64,000 nt of DNA from Alphaproteobacteria bacterium (GTDB taxonomy: Bacteria > Pseudomonadota > Alphaproteobacteria > Bin95): positions 704,001 through 768,000 of the forward strand of contig CBDBGH010000003.1 in assembly GCA_965205265.1 (NCBI GenBank). Reading direction: 5' to 3'. Shown here one piece after another: positions 62,357 to 64,000 of the stretch (the stretch's first letter is position 1; every line of letters begins with the position of its first letter). A program made the position numbers and the translations under genes. The notes under the pieces are model-generated. The model saw nothing but the letters and a program-made list of their open reading frames with translations. It ran no database searches and was not told the DNA's origin.

Positions 62357-63876
62357 TCCTTCGCCGTTTCGCCGGCGCGGAAGCAGGCGGTGCGCACGCC
62401 GCCGCGCCTGGTCTTGACCGCAATCGCGACCCGGCGCCCGTATTCCCGGTCCGCGCGGCAGAAATGGGCGAGGGAGCGGCAGACGATGGCGTCGCCGATT
62501 TGGGTGCGCTGCACCTGCGACAGCGACTCGGCGATAGCGGCGGTGAGACGGTCCTTTTCGTCCTCCGACATGAGCCGGTAGAGGTCGCCCGCCTGCATGA
62601 AGTCGTCCACTTCGCGCGCCTCGGGACCGTAGCTGCCGGAGAAGCCGCGGGCCTCCATGCCGGCATAGGGCGGCTCGCCCGCCTCGACCGGGCCGCCGAA
62701 GCTGTTCGGCTCGTAATTCGCCGCCCGGCCGCCATTGTCGTCGAAGCGCATGGCGCCGTCGCGCCCGTAATTCATTCCCTGGGCGAAGAGCAGGCCGCGC
62801 GGGCTGTTCACCGGCAGGCGGGTGTGGTTGACGCCGAGCCTGTAGCGGTGGGCGTCGCCATAGGCGAACAGGCGCGCCTGGAGCATCCTGTCGGGGCTCG
62901 GCCCTACGCCCGGCACCATGCGGCCGGGGTCGAAAGCCGACTGCTCCACCTCGGCGAAATAGTTGTCGGGAAGCCGGTTGAGCGTCAGCCGCCCGACCTC
63001 CATCGGCGGGTAGTCCTTGTGGGGCCAGACCTTGGTGGGGTCGAAGGGATCGATCCGGTAACCGGCCGCGTCGATCTCCGGCATGACCTGCACCTCGAGG
63101 GTCCAGGACGGGTGGTTGCCCCGCTCGATGGCCCGGTAGAGGTCGTGCTGCAGATGCCGGGGGTCCTCGCCCGCAATCCGCGCCGCCTCCTCCGCCGTCA
63201 GGCATGCGACGCCCTGGTCGGTCTTGAAGTGGAACTTCACCCAGACGCGCCCGCCGGCGGCGTCGATCCACTGGAAGGCGTGGGAGCCGTAGCCGTTCAT
63301 GTGCCGCCAGCTGCGTGGCAGGCCCCGGTCGCCGAACAGCCAGGTGAACAGGTGCGTGGCTTCCGGCGAATGGGAGAAGAAGTCCCACACGCTGTCGGCC
63401 TCCTGGCGGTCGGTATGCGGATCGGTCTTCTGCGAGTGTATGAGGTCCGGCAACTTCAGCGGGTCGCGGATGAAGAACACCGGCGTGTTGTTGCCGGCGA
63501 GGTCCCAATTGCCGTCTTCGGTGTAGAACTTGACGGCGAAGCCGCGCGGGTCGCGCACGGTATCGGCCGCGCCCCTGGAGCCGGCGAATGTGGAGAATCG
63601 CACGAAGACCTCGGTGCGCTTGCCGGCCTTCGCGAACATGCGCATTTTCGTCCACCGCTCCGCATCCGGATTGGTGACTTCGAAGACGCCATAGGCGCCG
63701 GAACCCACCGCATGAACGACCCGTTCCGGGATGCGTTCGCGGTTGAAGCGGGCGAGCTTCTCGATCAGGTGCCGGTCCTGGAGCAGGAGCGGGCCGCGGG
63801 GGTCTGCGCTCCGGCTGTTCCGGTTGTCGGCCGCCGGAGCTCCGGACTCCGCGGTGAGGTCGCTGGAACTGCGCAT
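62347..63876 (-). CDS. katA: Monofunctional heme catalase (small subunit)
   Basis: RFNRERIPERVVHA distal His, VRFST, GNNTP, RLFAYGDAHRYRLG proximal Tyr. Confidence 0.93.
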   Translation of the reverse strand: MRSSSDLTAESGAPAADNRNSRSADPRGPLLLQDRHLIEKLARFNRERIPERVVHAVGSGAYGVFEVTNPDAERWTKMRMFAKAGKRTEVFVRFSTFAGSRGAADTVRDPRGFAVKFYTEDGNWDLAGNNTPVFFIRDPLKLPDLIHSQKTDPHTDRQEADSVWDFFSHSPEATHLFTWLFGDRGLPRSWRHMNGYGSHAFQWIDAAGGRVWVKFHFKTDQGVACLTAEEAARIAGEDPRHLQHDLYRAIERGNHPSWTLEVQVMPEIDAAGYRIDPFDPTKVWPHKDYPPMEVGRLTLNRLPDNYFAEVEQSAFDPGRMVPGVGPSPDRMLQARLFAYGDAHRYRLGVNHTRLPVNSPRGLLFAQGMNYGRDGAMRFDDNGGRAANYEPNSFGGPVEAGEPPYAGMEARGFSGSYGPEAREVDDFMQAGDLYRLMSEDEKDRLTAAIAESLSQVQRTQIGDAIVCRSLAHFCRADREYGRRVAIAVKTRRGGVRTACFRAGETAKDQS

Positions 63877-63956
63877 GTCGTCTTGCGCCTCCTCATATCG
63901 ATGTCGTTCCGCCGAAGCGTTGCGAGCATGATTCCGGGGGCGCGGCGACAATTCCA

Positions 63957-63993
63957 ATGCAATATTCTTATTTATACAATAAATTATTCCTAT
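63957..63993 (-). promoter_or_regulatory. OxyR-type binding site upstream of catalase
   Basis: Minus strand ATAG-N7-TTAT-N7-ATAA-N7-GCAT, matching the ATAG-N7-CTAT-N7-ATAG-N7-CTAT spacing exactly. Confidence 0.7.
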
Positions 63994-64000
63994 AGCCAAA

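Overview
High-GC alphaproteobacterial chromosome segment; the tig-clpP-clpX-lon-HU-tRNA-nuoA..N-birA-coaX-rnj-mce-proS-lolE/D gene order and a GTTC-N7-GTTC LexA box both point to that group. About 5.3-34.2 kb is conserved housekeeping core with three tRNAs (Leu-TAG, Val-TAC, Asp-GTC). About 34-64 kb is an accessory catabolic region: TauD dioxygenases, three class III CoA-transferases across the window, creatinase, diaminopropionate ammonia-lyase, TAXI-TRAP, a BHMT-like methyltransferase, acyl-CoA dehydrogenase and a catalase with an OxyR-type box. Its intergenic gaps hold many small insertions: two MITE-like elements, several REP-like palindrome pairs, intact and decayed toxin-antitoxin genes (MNT-HEPN fusion, AbiEii pair, orphan ParD-like, frameshifted HigA-like relic), two short DUF1640/CCDC90-like genes and tandem MORN-repeat lipoproteins (the second frameshifted). 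The most unusual locus is 35.9-37.3 kb. There a LexA-box promoter with no adjacent ORF points into an IS630-type MITE containing a REP cruciform, followed by a stand-alone IS630 DNA-binding (HTH-only) gene lying outside the terminal repeats, another REP pair and a DUF1640-like gene. All calls were made by eye from motifs; no database search was run.
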